From assembly GCA_002269645.1 (NCBI GenBank), contig NIVC01001726.1:124001-188000 (forward strand): a stretch of 64,000 nt of DNA, written 5' to 3'. The notes below the pieces were generated by a model. That model saw only the letters and a program-made list of their open reading frames with translations, did no database searches and was not told the origin of the DNA. This DNA is from Macrostomum lignano. Taxonomy: Eukaryota. Of the stretch, positions 25,501 through 36,285 are shown piece by piece; positions within the stretch are counted from its first letter, which is position 1, and every line of letters starts with the position of its first letter. The position numbers and the translations under genes were made by a program.

Positions 25501-27689
25501 ACTAAGATAGGCACAATATTTAAACTCTATTATATCTACTCTTTTTCTATCATTAATTAGCAATATAATAGCTATTGTTATATTAATTATTATGTTTAAT
25601 CAACCATACTTATAAATACTGATGCAATAATAGATTTGAAACTAATTACCTATAATACAAAAACTTAAATCTTTTTAGTGTCTATGCTAATCTTAATCTT
25701 AGACCATCTTAGTCATGTACCTTTATTTTTCAAAGGTGAAGCATATCTACTAGTATCACAGAAGAGCAACTTGTTACCAAAACAACTAATTGTCACCAAA
25801 AGGACTTATTACTAAAACAACTTGCACCCAATAGTCATCATAACTTATAATAATCAGTAATAATAATCAATAATAATCAGTAATCAGTATATTATCAGTA
25901 ATCAGTAATTTTCCATTTGAAAAATACTGGTAAAACTTGTATTTGAATCTGGTTCATAGAAAATGCAATGTTAATATAAATTAATTAAAAAGCTATCAAT
26001 ACATTGGCAAACAAAAAATGCTAATAACAAGAAATTTTATATACTAATTTTCTGTCAGAGAAAATATTGTCTTATTGGAAGCTTTTTTACATCAAATTGT
26101 GCTATTTTTGTCTTGCACCATATTGCACCAGATTTTTTCCCTTGCTTGCTTTTGCACATTCTAGCACAATGCATGTCTAACCCTCTTTTGCATTGGAATT
26201 TTCTGTGAAAAAGGCCATTCTCCTGACTGTGGCTTGCATCTATTTTAATTAGTTTTATCCTTCTTAATCTTGTTTTTTATTTTGTAATTTTTTAACTGGA
26301 ACCTAGTCTTTAACCAAATTGTTCAATTGCTTTATGATATACCATAGCAAATGGTATATCATAAAGCAAAAACATTTGAGACTTGAAAGAAACAAGAAAA
26401 ACAATTTTTTGTATGTCTAATAAGGTCCCTTCTATTGGTTACAATGTTGGTAAAGGGATTTGCAAAAATATGCCATGCAAAAAAATGACCAAATCTAAAT
26501 ATGCATCCATGCACCAAATGGTCCCCATGCACCACATACCACATTCTCAAATATGCAAGATGTCCAATTTAACAACACACTTTTCAGTTATTTTAACACA
26601 CTTATATGGCCATTATTTTACATTTATAAACTTTTATGGGCATTTTAAGAAAGCGTTTATTATATATAATTTGCTTTAACTTGTCTTTAGCTATAAAAAG
26701 ATATGTTGCCAAATTTGAATTTGCCAAATTTGTCCATGTTAAATTTCTGTCATAGAATTTGTTTATTGCCAAATTTGCATGCACCCATATAATGGATACC
26801 AAATGCCTAGCTAACATTGTATTGCTATTAATAAGATAGATATTTGTTAACATTATATAATAAAGAAAAAATGTTGATCCTTTAGTTTCCCACTCTAAAT
26901 TATTTGGTCCCTGGACATTTCGATGACAAGACGTTTTGGTGACAGCCTTTTCAATGACAATTTAAGACATTTTGGTGACAAATTTAGACAATTTGGTGAC
27001 ATGTTATAAAAATGAAAGTTAATTTAGTCTATAAGATAATAAGCTCATGAACAAGACTTAATACTCAAAACTTGTTATATTTTTGCACCATTTTTTGTCG
27101 CCATAGGCCTAAAACATGCAAAAATTATTGATTTCCATATAACAAGTTAACAAATTAAAGTGGGGTCGGGGTTCAGGGGGATAAAGCAATGGAATGTCCC
27201 AGCTTCCTCTCCATAGCCTTGATAGTGTAGATAACAAACTATAGGCCTAACCACAACTTTTGTTTGCATCAATACAGTAGATTGATTAGGCGACTCATGA
27301 AAATATGCTACATGTACATTTTTTACACAAATTGCCTTGAACACAGTTATTTATCCAGATAGTGTCACAAAAATAATGCCACTATAATATGTAAAATAAG
27401 CGACTTGATGTGTTGCGTCAGCTGACTGACATTATCTAGAAATGCAGATGGGTCTGTATAAAAGCTGGACACATATTGGATACTGGACACACATCCAAAA
27501 CTTGAATAAAAATACTTAGTATTAAATCTAACTTTGAAAAATGAACATTTTAAATTCATGTTCTTTGATCGGTTTTATGATTGGAAGAAAGTCTAGAATG
27601 TTATTGTAACAGTTTTTGCTATTACACTTTTAACTGTAGTTACTTACATCACCCATCCAGATTGTGTGAGAAAAATTTTGTTTTGACAT
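19599..27689 (-). CDS. TRNAU1AP: tRNA selenocysteine 1-associated protein 1 (SECp43), two RRMs plus Tyr/Pro-rich C-terminus, 354 aa
   Basis: Exon 1 27689-27648 ([14 protein letters not shown]|GTAAGT), exon 2 22411-22061 ([14 protein letters not shown]...GYCFVEF...YPSCRSAK|GTTTGT), exon 3 20270-19599 ([19 protein letters not shown]...). All phase 0. Matches the known SECp43 pattern (WMGDL, FKLN.A.YGK, YPSCR..KVVLD). Confidence 0.95.
20345..21945. repeat. Intronic minisatellite, 26-bp GATGGCCGATTCTTATAGTCAGCTAT, grading at about 21760 into about 23-bp GGGGCGATTCCCAGGGTTAAT units
   Basis: About 53 copies at 26-nt period; fills nearly all of TRNAU1AP intron 2. Confidence 0.97.
23626..24878 (+). 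mobile_element. Full-length mariner DNA transposon (1253 bp) in TRNAU1AP intron 1, antisense to host
   Basis: 44-bp TIRs at 23626-23669 and 24835-24878 with one mismatch; TA target-site duplication at 23624-23625 and 24879-24880; intact transposase ORF. Confidence 0.97.
23786..24805 (+). CDS. Mariner transposase, DD34D, 339 aa from the first in-frame ATG
   Basis: HTH region, RSGRP, WVPHQL, TGDEKW, HDNARPH and [13 protein letters not shown]; exactly 34 residues between the second and third catalytic Asp; no stops or frameshifts. Confidence 0.97.
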   Translation: MDLSRAYICGLLLYDFKSGLSAAESSRRINAAFGAGTVSERTAQDWFARFRQGNFNLEDLPRSGRPSEVDDDRLRTLVEADPRQTTRELAQVLDVDHKTVTSHLHQLGKVYKLAQWVPHQLSDWDKERRAEVATSLLSYRRTHNWLKSIVTGDEKWCLYVNIKRQRLWVDADATPELQPKAGLHPRKVMLCVWWDCKGVIYYKLLPPNTSITANLYCQQLDRLAAAIAQKCPNHGPVRFLHDNARPHTARVTRQKLLDLGWELVPHPPYSPDLAPSDYHLFLSLANALNNKTFADDEELDNWLNNFFTSKPKKFYSDGIMSLPKKWQKVIDCDGDYFIS

Positions 27690-28618
27690 TTTAATACGCG
27701 TTGCCTCTTTGACCTGATGATCTCGTATGACCACGAATAAACTGACTCTAAAGTCAGTACCAAAATAAATTAGTAGGCCCTAGCGTGTCGTTTTCATGTG
27801 CAAGCTATTAAAGATTAAACAGTGACACAATAATGACAAGAAACAAGTGGAACTTGCAAAATCAATTTTTATAACTTTTATCAGCCAATAAAAAACTAAA
27901 CTACCAACTTAGAACCATATCTCCAACGATGATCTGACTATCGGTACGTACGATCGATCGAACCGAATTTGTCTCTTCGAAGCATTTGAACGGAACCCAT
28001 GCTTAATGAAAGACAAAATGTTATTAATTGGATAAAACAACGAAGTTTTGTCACCTATTTTATTTAAAGCCGAAAACTTTCCTTTGATTTTTTAGTTAGA
28101 TTTATTTAAGAACTTTTAATATGTCTTTTGTTGAGACGAACCAGAGTAATTAAACTCGGAAGCTTATAAATCCTAAATCTGATAGCATTCGCTATTTTAG
28201 AGTCAATCAATATTTTTTCTTAGCAGAACACTAAGAAGTCGGTCACGCATCGGGCATCTCGATCATTATATATAGCCAAAAAATTCATATCATTTCGCAA
28301 TAGTTCCTACAGCTGGATTAATATGTAACTACACTGTCACTGTCTGGCTCAAGTCTTATTCTCTAGGTGCCCTGGGGCCCGTTCTATAAAGCCATCGTAA
28401 GATAAAATCGTTCTTAGCTCCTATCTCCGCCGTGTAAAAGTTCCGACGTACAATCCAACTTACGCTACGACAGCTTTATAGTACGACCCCCTAGAGCTCA
28501 CTCCCTAATTCTCAGGCAATCCAGCATTAGTAATGCTGATTTAGATAGGTGACAGTAGAGTAGTGGTATCGATCAGTCACTCCAAACCTAGCTACTGTGT
28601 GTCACGACGTATACCCCA

Positions 28619-28805
28619 CAGTATAGCGCAACCAGAAAATTGCTGAGGGGGGCAGATTCTCGAGGGTAAAGACCCAAGGGGGCGGAGGGATGCGGCTCTG
28701 TATTTTGGCGAAAATTCGCTTTATCCCTCCATTGCTTTTTTTCTGGTCTCCCTCCGCCTAAGGGGAGCGACCCCTCGCCCCCCGCCCCCGCTGGTTGCGC
28801 CACTG
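28619..28805. mobile_element. Small degenerate hAT-like MITE
   Basis: Imperfect inverted ends CAGTATAGCGCAACCAG and (reverse complement) CAGTGGCGCAACCAG with G/C-rich subterminals. Flanks ATACCCCA and CGTACCCA only partly match. Confidence 0.45.
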
Positions 28806-29248
28806 CGTACCCACGTAATTAATCGAGTCCCTGCATGCATGAAGGCATGACTTATAGCTACATGTACTTTCGAGGCCAAGTACACAATGACCAAAAGTTT
28901 GAGCTGAATTCTGTCCTGGAGCTACATGTATGTAGAAAACGACAAATTTAACCAGCACACTACTACTAGCTGCATATCGATTGTGTGACATTTCGTATAC
29001 CCTTACATGTATCTAGGGGTGTCGGAACCCGGGGGGGGGGGGCTGGAGCCCCCCACTTTTTAGCATGATCCTACAAGTGCCCATTTTGAATTTCAAGCAA
29101 GTGTCGGCCGGTTTTCGGCTTTGGCTTTTCTGAGTCTTGGAAGCTAAGGGTACCACCAGCTGATATACATATGTATAAGTTCATGTTGTTTTCAAACCCA
29201 TTCTACTACAGTTTTTATCTAATGTGCCTAAGCCTAGTGCTTTTAGTG

Positions 29249-30028
29249 CAGGGGTCAGCAAACTTTTTACCTCAAGGGCCAGATTGAGAACAGAGCATAA
29301 CTGCCCTTCTGGGTCCGCTTCGATGGGCCCCCTAAGCAAAACGCGCGCCCAGGAGTCCCTGATCGATGACTGCTGGCTATAGGGAGAGAGGATAGGGAAT
29401 AGAGAAGAGAAATACGAGCGCAGGAGAAAGGAGAGGCGAAGGAATAAAGGAGAAGAGAGTAGACGAGAAGAGAGATAAATAGGAGAGGAGAGTGGTGAGG
29501 AGATGAAAGGAGAGGAGAGGATAGGAAAGGAGAGGAGAGAGGTGAGGAGATGAGAGGCGAGGAGAGGAGAGGAGAGGAGAGAGGTGAGGAGATGAGATGA
29601 GAGGCGAGGAGAGGAGAGGAGAGGAGAGGAGAGGAGAGGATATGAAAGGAGAGGAGAGAGGTGAGGAGACGAGAGGAGAGGATAGGAAAGGAGAGGAGAG
29701 AGCTGTGAGGAGATGAGAGGCGAGGAGAGAGGTGAGGAGAGGTGAGGAGAGAGGTGAGGAGAGAGGTGATGAGAGGTGAGGAGATGAGAGGACAGGAGAG
29801 GAGAGAGGTGAGGAGAGGTGAGGAGATGAGAGGAAAGGAGAGAGGAGAGGTGAGGAGATAGAGGAAAGGAGAGAGGAGAGGAGACGAGAAGAGATAGGTG
29901 AGGGAAGAGAGCTGAGAAGGGACACAAACATCGAGCAGGCTATTGTGAAGATTCATAGAAGCCAAGGGCCGGATAGAGAGGCTTTGCGGGCCACATTTGG
30001 CCCTCAGGCCGGAGTTTGCCAAGCCCTG
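29249..30028. mobile_element. Charlie-type hAT MITE nested inside the outer element
   Basis: TIRs CAGGGGTCAGCAAACT and (reverse complement) CAGGGCTTGGCAAACT; 8-bp TSD TTTTAGTG / TTTTAGTA (7 of 8 match, central TA); GGGCC subterminal motifs typical of Charlie elements. Confidence 0.85.
29380..29915. repeat. Purine-rich (GAGAG/AGGAG)n microsatellite inside the nested MITE
   Basis: Almost purely G/A plus strand with 5-nt periodicity. Confidence 0.93.
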
Positions 30029-30807
30029 TTTTAGTATTCAGCCCTTTTACTTTGGTATCTCTGATCAATAGATTGATAGTGCAGTGCAGTTGCGCAATGT
30101 TTGAATTAGTTGAAAATTCGAACATTATTCAGATTTTTGGCCACTTCCAACACAGAATTGAATATCGGCCTGGTTGTCACAATTAATGTCACAAACTGAC
30201 ATAACAGCAGGAGTTTGGGTGCCCTTAGACTAGAACAAAATCATGTGCAATGTGCCCTCCGACCAATAAGCCCCCCCCCCACTTTGAAATATGTTCCGAC
30301 ACCGCTGCATGTATCTGTCTTCTAACGATTCCTGTAAACAGTGCGATGTACGATTACATACTGTATAGCATTTTATATGTTAAATATGCATTATATAGTA
30401 ATAGCACATGTACATATCATGTAGGACCAGAGTTGCTTTCCTAAACCATTGATAAAACATAAGTTAGTTGCATAAATAAGTAAAAAATGCGTACTGTGTA
30501 TTTATTCGATAAATAATAAAAAATTGTTTAATAAACAGTTTTAGCCGCGGTGTACGTGCAGTTCGGCTACCAGACGCGTGCATTGTTGTGTAAGCTAATA
30601 AATAAATACATTAATAGATGTGTCATTGCATGCTTAAAATAAAAAAGTAGAAATAGATATGACAAAAAATCGCCGCGGTAAGACAGCGTTAGCACTAAAG
30701 ACTTGCGGTGCGTACGGTATAACAGATTAGAACACAGCGTGTAACAGATGCGGTGCCTGTCTGGCTCACATGTATAAGCAAGTGGAGTTACTGAGTGTCT
30801 GATTGCT

Positions 30808-32583
30808 TTACTGGACTTGAGCAGTTCCATCAGACACAAGCGGGTCATCCAATTTTGTAGATGCTGTTGTTGCTGCTGCTGCTTCTGCAGAGTCTGATTG
30901 TTGCTTCGAGTAATGAAGGGCCGGTGACGCTGGCTGAGGCGCGTCTGAATTTGTTGATTTGAATTGCACTTTTATAGTTTTAGCGGGTTTGATCTTATTG
31001 CCTATAATGACTCCCGCATTTTTTATTACTTTGGCTTTTATTATTGACACACTGAGGCATTCCTGACACTAATACTCTGATACTAGACGCTTTCCTGACA
31101 CTGTTACGCGACACTAGAGGCTTTCCTGACACTAACACCCTGACGCAATGAGACTTTCCTGACACTAACACCCTGACGCAATGAGACTTTCCTGACACTA
31201 ACACCCTGATACACTGACTACTGATGCCCCTGATACACTGACTACTGATGCCCCTGATACACTGACTACTGATGCTCCTGACACACTGACTACTGATGCC
31301 CCTGATACACTGACTACTGATGCCCCTGATACACTGACTACTGATGCTCCTGACACACTGACTACTGATGCTCCTGACACACTGACTACTGATGCTCCTG
31401 ACACACTGACTACTGATGCTCCTGACACACAGACTACTGATGCTCCTGACACACTGACTACTGATGCTCCTGACACACAGACTACTGATGCTCCTGACAC
31501 ACTGACTACTGATGCTCCTGACACACAGACTACTGATGCTCCTGACACACTGACTACTGATGCCCCTGATACACTGACTACTGATGCTCCTGACACACTG
31601 ACTACTGATGCCCCTGATACACTGACTACTGATGCTCCTGACACACTGACTACTGATGCCCCTGATAAACTGACTACTGATGCTCCTGACACACTGACTA
31701 CTGATGCCCCTGACACACTGACTACTGATGCTCCTGACACACTGACTACTGATGCTCCTGACACACTGACTACTGATGCCCCTGACACACTGACTACTGA
31801 TGCTCCTGACACACAGACTACTGATGCTCCTGACACACTGACTACTGATGCCCCTGACACACTGACTACTGATGCTCCTGACACATTGACTACTGATGCT
31901 CCTGATACACTGACTACTGATGCTCCTGACACACTGACTACTGATGCTCCTGACACACTGACTACTGATGCTCCTGACACACTGACTACTGATGCTCCTG
32001 ACACATTGACTACTGATGCTCCTGACACACTGACTACTGATGCTCCTGACCATACAGACTCTTGTTCCTTCTGACGTGAGAACTTGGGTGTCAAGTGTTT
32101 ACCGCCCCGCAATGAATTGAAATACAAATTTAGCTGCATTCGCACCTGCGTCCGACTGTCGCTCAGCTACGGCCGGTCGCGAGATGCAGAGCCGTTTGCG
32201 CAAATAACGAATTTCCATCTGCAGCAGCTTGTTCTCCTGCAATTATTAGTTTAAAGCTTGTTGAGAATTTAATTTCTCCACAGTAATACCAAACATTCTT
32301 TTTAGACTACTGATGCCGCTACTGAGTAGCATCATGTGCATTTTATGTCTCAGAGTATACGAAACCAAACCTGCGTCAGATCGGCGATCATTCGCTCCAT
32401 CGCTGCGTCGTTGAGTCGGCGCTTCTCTCGACTGCGCCTGGCCGCCTCGTTGTTCTTCATCCGTCTGGCCAGGTACTTCGCCTTGTCCGGCCCCTGCTCC
32501 TCCTCGGTGTACGTGGCGGCCCCCTCGCTGGTGTCTACGCTTTGAACATCATCGGCACTTGAAGAAGTTGGCTGAGTTGCCAT
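30808..32583 (-). CDS. bZIP transcription factor of NFIL3(E4BP4)/vrille/giant type, about 146 aa
   Basis: Exons 32583-32371 (donor CAG|GTTTGG), 32236-32146 (G|GTGCGA) and 30944-30808; phases 0 and 1 consistent. Basic region KYLARRMKNNEAARRSREKRRLND followed by zipper ...LTQENKLLQMEIRYL. REKRRLND is typical of the NFIL3/vrille group. Confidence 0.88.
31060..32052. repeat. Intronic minisatellite, 24-bp ACACTGACTACTGATGCTCCTGAC with 33-bp variant units at the left edge
   Basis: About 35 near-perfect copies in bZIP intron 2. Confidence 0.97.
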
Positions 32584-32611
32584 CAGCCTGAGGGGATTGA
32601 GAAATGATAGC

Positions 32612-33028
32612 TGACAGACTGACTGACAGACTGACAGACAGACAGACAGACTGACTGACTGACTGACTGACTGACTGACTGACTGACTGACTGACTGACT
32701 GACTGCCTGACTGACTGACTGACTGACTGACTGACTGACTGACTGACTGACTGACTGACTGACTGACTGACTGCCTGACTGACTGACTGACTGACTGACT
32801 GACTGACTGACTGACTGACTGACTGCCTGACTAAATGACTGACTGACTGACTGACTGACTGACTGACTGACTGACTGACTGACTGACTGACTGACTGACT
32901 GACTGACTGACTGACTGACTGACTGACTGACTGACTGACTGCCTGACTGACTGACTGACTGACTGACTGACTGACTGACTGACTGACTGACTGACTGACT
33001 GACTGACTGACTGACTGACTGACTGACT
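32612..33028. repeat. (GACT)n microsatellite
   Basis: Direct reading; starts about 25 nt from the acceptor at 32588. Confidence 0.98.
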
Positions 33029-33900
33029 CACTCCACACGATGACAACCAAGCAATCCTGACTGAGTGTATCAATATGGGAACAACTAAAGAGGAACTGCG
33101 GGATTCCATGATGACGCATTCTCATGCGCTCTCCCTCTTTTAATGTATCAAGCCCGCCCAGCATCCCGCACTCTGTGTTCTGTTCAAATTACATGCATAC
33201 AACAACATCCAGGCTATAATAAAATTAAGCAAAAATATTCCCTTACTGTCGGCTCGGCAGTATCCTAGCCCATGGACGCCTGAAGGATTAAATCTGGACA
33301 GGCACCACCTGGGCTCGGTCTAAGCCAGGCTTTGACTGTGTTTAACTGCCGAAAATGTTTGACAGTTCAGAATTAATTCACATTTTACTACTTAAATTTT
33401 TAATAAACCTGTTCCAGAATTCCCGGTGAGAGATCAGGAATTTGGTGCTAGAAAGCTGAAAACTTTCGGAAAAAATTCAGAGTTTGTGTGCAAATGACTG
33501 AGAGTTTCCTGAAAAAAACAGTGAGCCTTCCAATCCAGATACCGTCTCCCTCTCTAGAAGTCCCTGGCCCGCCTAGCGACGCGACCCATAGGAATTAGAA
33601 ATTAGAACTGAGGGAATATTGGTGTAGAATCGGATTCAGCGTGAGAAACGGATGTAGGAAACGGCTGCATGGCTAACTTTGGCCGGGGGAGGGGGTTCCA
33701 GCGAAACCGCGCGGAGGTCAGAAGGTGCGCAGGAAGTGGAGCACGCAAGCCGCACACATACGCTGCTTCACCTCAAAAAGTTTACAATGTTTTTTCACCA
33801 CAAAAGTCGCCCCTTGTATATAGATAATAATAGCAGCTGAGGCTGTGACAACTGCAAGCTGGGCTCAAACAAAGGACGAGGAGCCATGCAGGTCGCGATT

Positions 33901-35684
33901 GTTACGCAATCGATCCGATTGTAAAAAACGGCCCCCGCATTGCCTCATCAAATATTATCCAGCAGACAGAGAGATTCTCACTTTTTATTTTATGTCATCG
34001 GCAAGTCAACAATCCATGCCTGCTTATTATACTCAACTGTCTCGCAGACTTAATTATTTGGGGAACCCGGGGAGTCCGGGCTCACCCAGTTCTCGCCCGG
34101 CAAAAGACGCAAAGGCACAAAGACTGTAAAAAACTTGACAGAAAAAAAGCAATTTTTCTACTTTTGCTTTTTTCTATAAAGATGCAAGACTTCTTTCTGT
34201 GAATCTATCTACATAAAAAGCTCAAATCCCCACACTGTGGGAAGTGCATGACGTCATATGAGGTCTTTGTCTGGAACGGGCTTGCTTGATTTTTCTCCGG
34301 GAGAAGCTTATTTGGCAGAAAAAATCACTTGAATTTATTATTTAACTTTTTTCACTTAATCAGAAAAATGACAGCAGGCAAGTCTCATTAAGTTTCCTTG
34401 GTCGCAAAAAAATATTTTCAAATCTTATTACTGATTTTTTGTCTCCAAGAGAGTAGGGGTAAACACTGTCAAGAGACTTCTCCCCCGTTTTTTAGGTCTC
34501 ACAGATTACGTAATGCCTTTCTGGGCCTGTCCTCTCTCTCTCTCCTAGCCGGCTGAGGTCATCCCGTGTCAAGACAGGCTCTATTTTTCTCCCTTAGCTG
34601 CGCCTCCCTTGCCTCATCTGACCGGCTGCATGGAGAGCTCTACTAATCCCTGGAGACGACCTGCATGGCAGCATGAGGGTTGCGTAACTCTCATTCGCAA
34701 TAGGAGGTCGGCCACTCGAGGTCATCTAGGCACTTCTTTTTCCTGGAATCTTTCTTTTTTGCGACTGCCTCGTTCTCCGTTTTAATTGCGTCTAATCTAT
34801 TGTAGCATAGTGGGCGGGAGCCGATCCATATGTTATCGATAGCTAAAGATTTCCCCTGCCGCTCTGCAGTGGCGGCGCAAACTACGCTCGTGTGGTCAAA
34901 CTGCATTGAAAACTGCCACATGAGGCTGTTGTACGTGTGATTCTACAGTTAATCCGGCTGATTCCTGTGGCCTCTTCTCTTCAGACTGCCGTGATCTGCT
35001 TACCCCAGGATTGCTAATATAGCCTACATCAATGATGAAGGAATAGAATGGATGGCTAATCTAGCCTAAATCAGTAAGGAATAGAATGGATTGCTAATCT
35101 AGCCTACATCAATGAAGGAATAGAATGGATTGCTAATCTAGCCTACATCAATGAAGGAATAGAATGGATTGCTAATCTAGCCTACATCAGTGAAGGAATA
35201 GAATGGATTGCTAATCTAGCCTGCATCAGTGAAGGAACAGAATGGATTGCTAATCTAGCCTACATCAATGATGAAGGAATAGAATGGATTGCTAGTCTAG
35301 CTGACATCATCCGAGTACGTACCGGTGTTCGTGTTGCAGAGTCCCAGATGCAGCAGTGCTTTAATCAGCAGAGGCAGGCATATTTTTGCCTTCGCTTAAG
35401 GAATCTGCGATGAGGAAGGTGGGAGTGCCGGTGCAGTCGGGATGACAGGTAGAGGTGGGCATAATAAACAAGTGACCTCTTTTCCTCTGTTCCACACCCC
35501 GCGTTGCCCAGCCAATCAGCTTTGAGCCGTGACCGACGCCAATTGCAAAGCATTGCGTAATCACTTTGGCCCAAAAAACTCTCAATGCTTTTTCTCGTGA
35601 CCTCAATCAATCCAGACCCCTAGAGAGTAAAATCTGTGCCGGCCTACAGAAATACAGAAATTGCAGCGTTGAAGGTTGCGCAAT
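33901..35684. promoter_or_regulatory. Cluster of PAR/NFIL3/C-EBP-type bZIP sites plus a CRE upstream of the bZIP gene
   Basis: GTTACGCAAT 33901, ATGACGTCAT 34248, ATTACGTAAT 34505, GTTGCGTAAC 34679, ATTGCGTAAT 35552, GTTGCGCAAT 35675. Confidence 0.6.
35008..35305 (+). repeat. Minisatellite family X, array 1: GAAGGAATAGAATGGATTGCTAATCTAGCCTACATCA(A/G)T
   Basis: About 7 copies; same unit as 41333-41490 and reverse complement of 49222-51070. Confidence 0.93.
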
Positions 35685-35889
35685 CATTATTGGCGCATAT
35701 CTATCCATGCTTTGTCGAGCGAGTAAAACTGTCGCTGCCAAACTGACTTGGATGCCGGATAACTGCCAGCGGTTCCTTCTACAGCCACTTGGCTCTTGAC
35801 CTGCCTGTCAGTAGGTAATTGCTGCTGAACAATGGACTACAGCTGCCTCTTTGTCCGATTGGGTAGGCAGGGACCCCAGGCATTGGCAC

Positions 35890-35944
<55 letters not shown>

Positions 35945-35950
35945 GTGTCT

Positions 35951-36046
<96 letters not shown>

Positions 36047-36065
36047 TTGTTTTTTGTCTGTCTGT
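35890..36065. repeat. Compound (GTCT)n/(GT)n microsatellite
   Basis: Direct reading. Confidence 0.97.
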
Positions 36066-36285
36066 ACCTAAGTTTACGTGACACAAATATATTTTTTCGT
36101 TGAATTTAGTTTTTCGTCAGTTGATATGTATATTTGAAAGATTCCAATCAATGCGAAAATACGATAAATGGGGTTCGCAAGTTTAAAACATGCTTGCAGT
36201 CAATTGCAGATGCTTTCTTTAAAACTCCTAGAAGTTTCCAAGAAATGCACATTTTGGTCTCCTGGCCCGGAGAAGACAGGAGAGT

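Larger units (their letters stand above)
29014..30307. mobile_element. Non-autonomous hAT element (outer)
   Basis: 15-bp TIRs TAGGGGTGTCGGAAC and (reverse complement) CAGCGGTGTCGGAAC; perfect 8-bp TSD CATGTATC at 29006-29013 and 30308-30315. Confidence 0.92.

Noticed and set aside
26905-27005. Short GACA..TTGGTGAC repeats suggesting a transposon terminus
   Set aside because: No matching opposite end or TSD found, so it is too weak to call.
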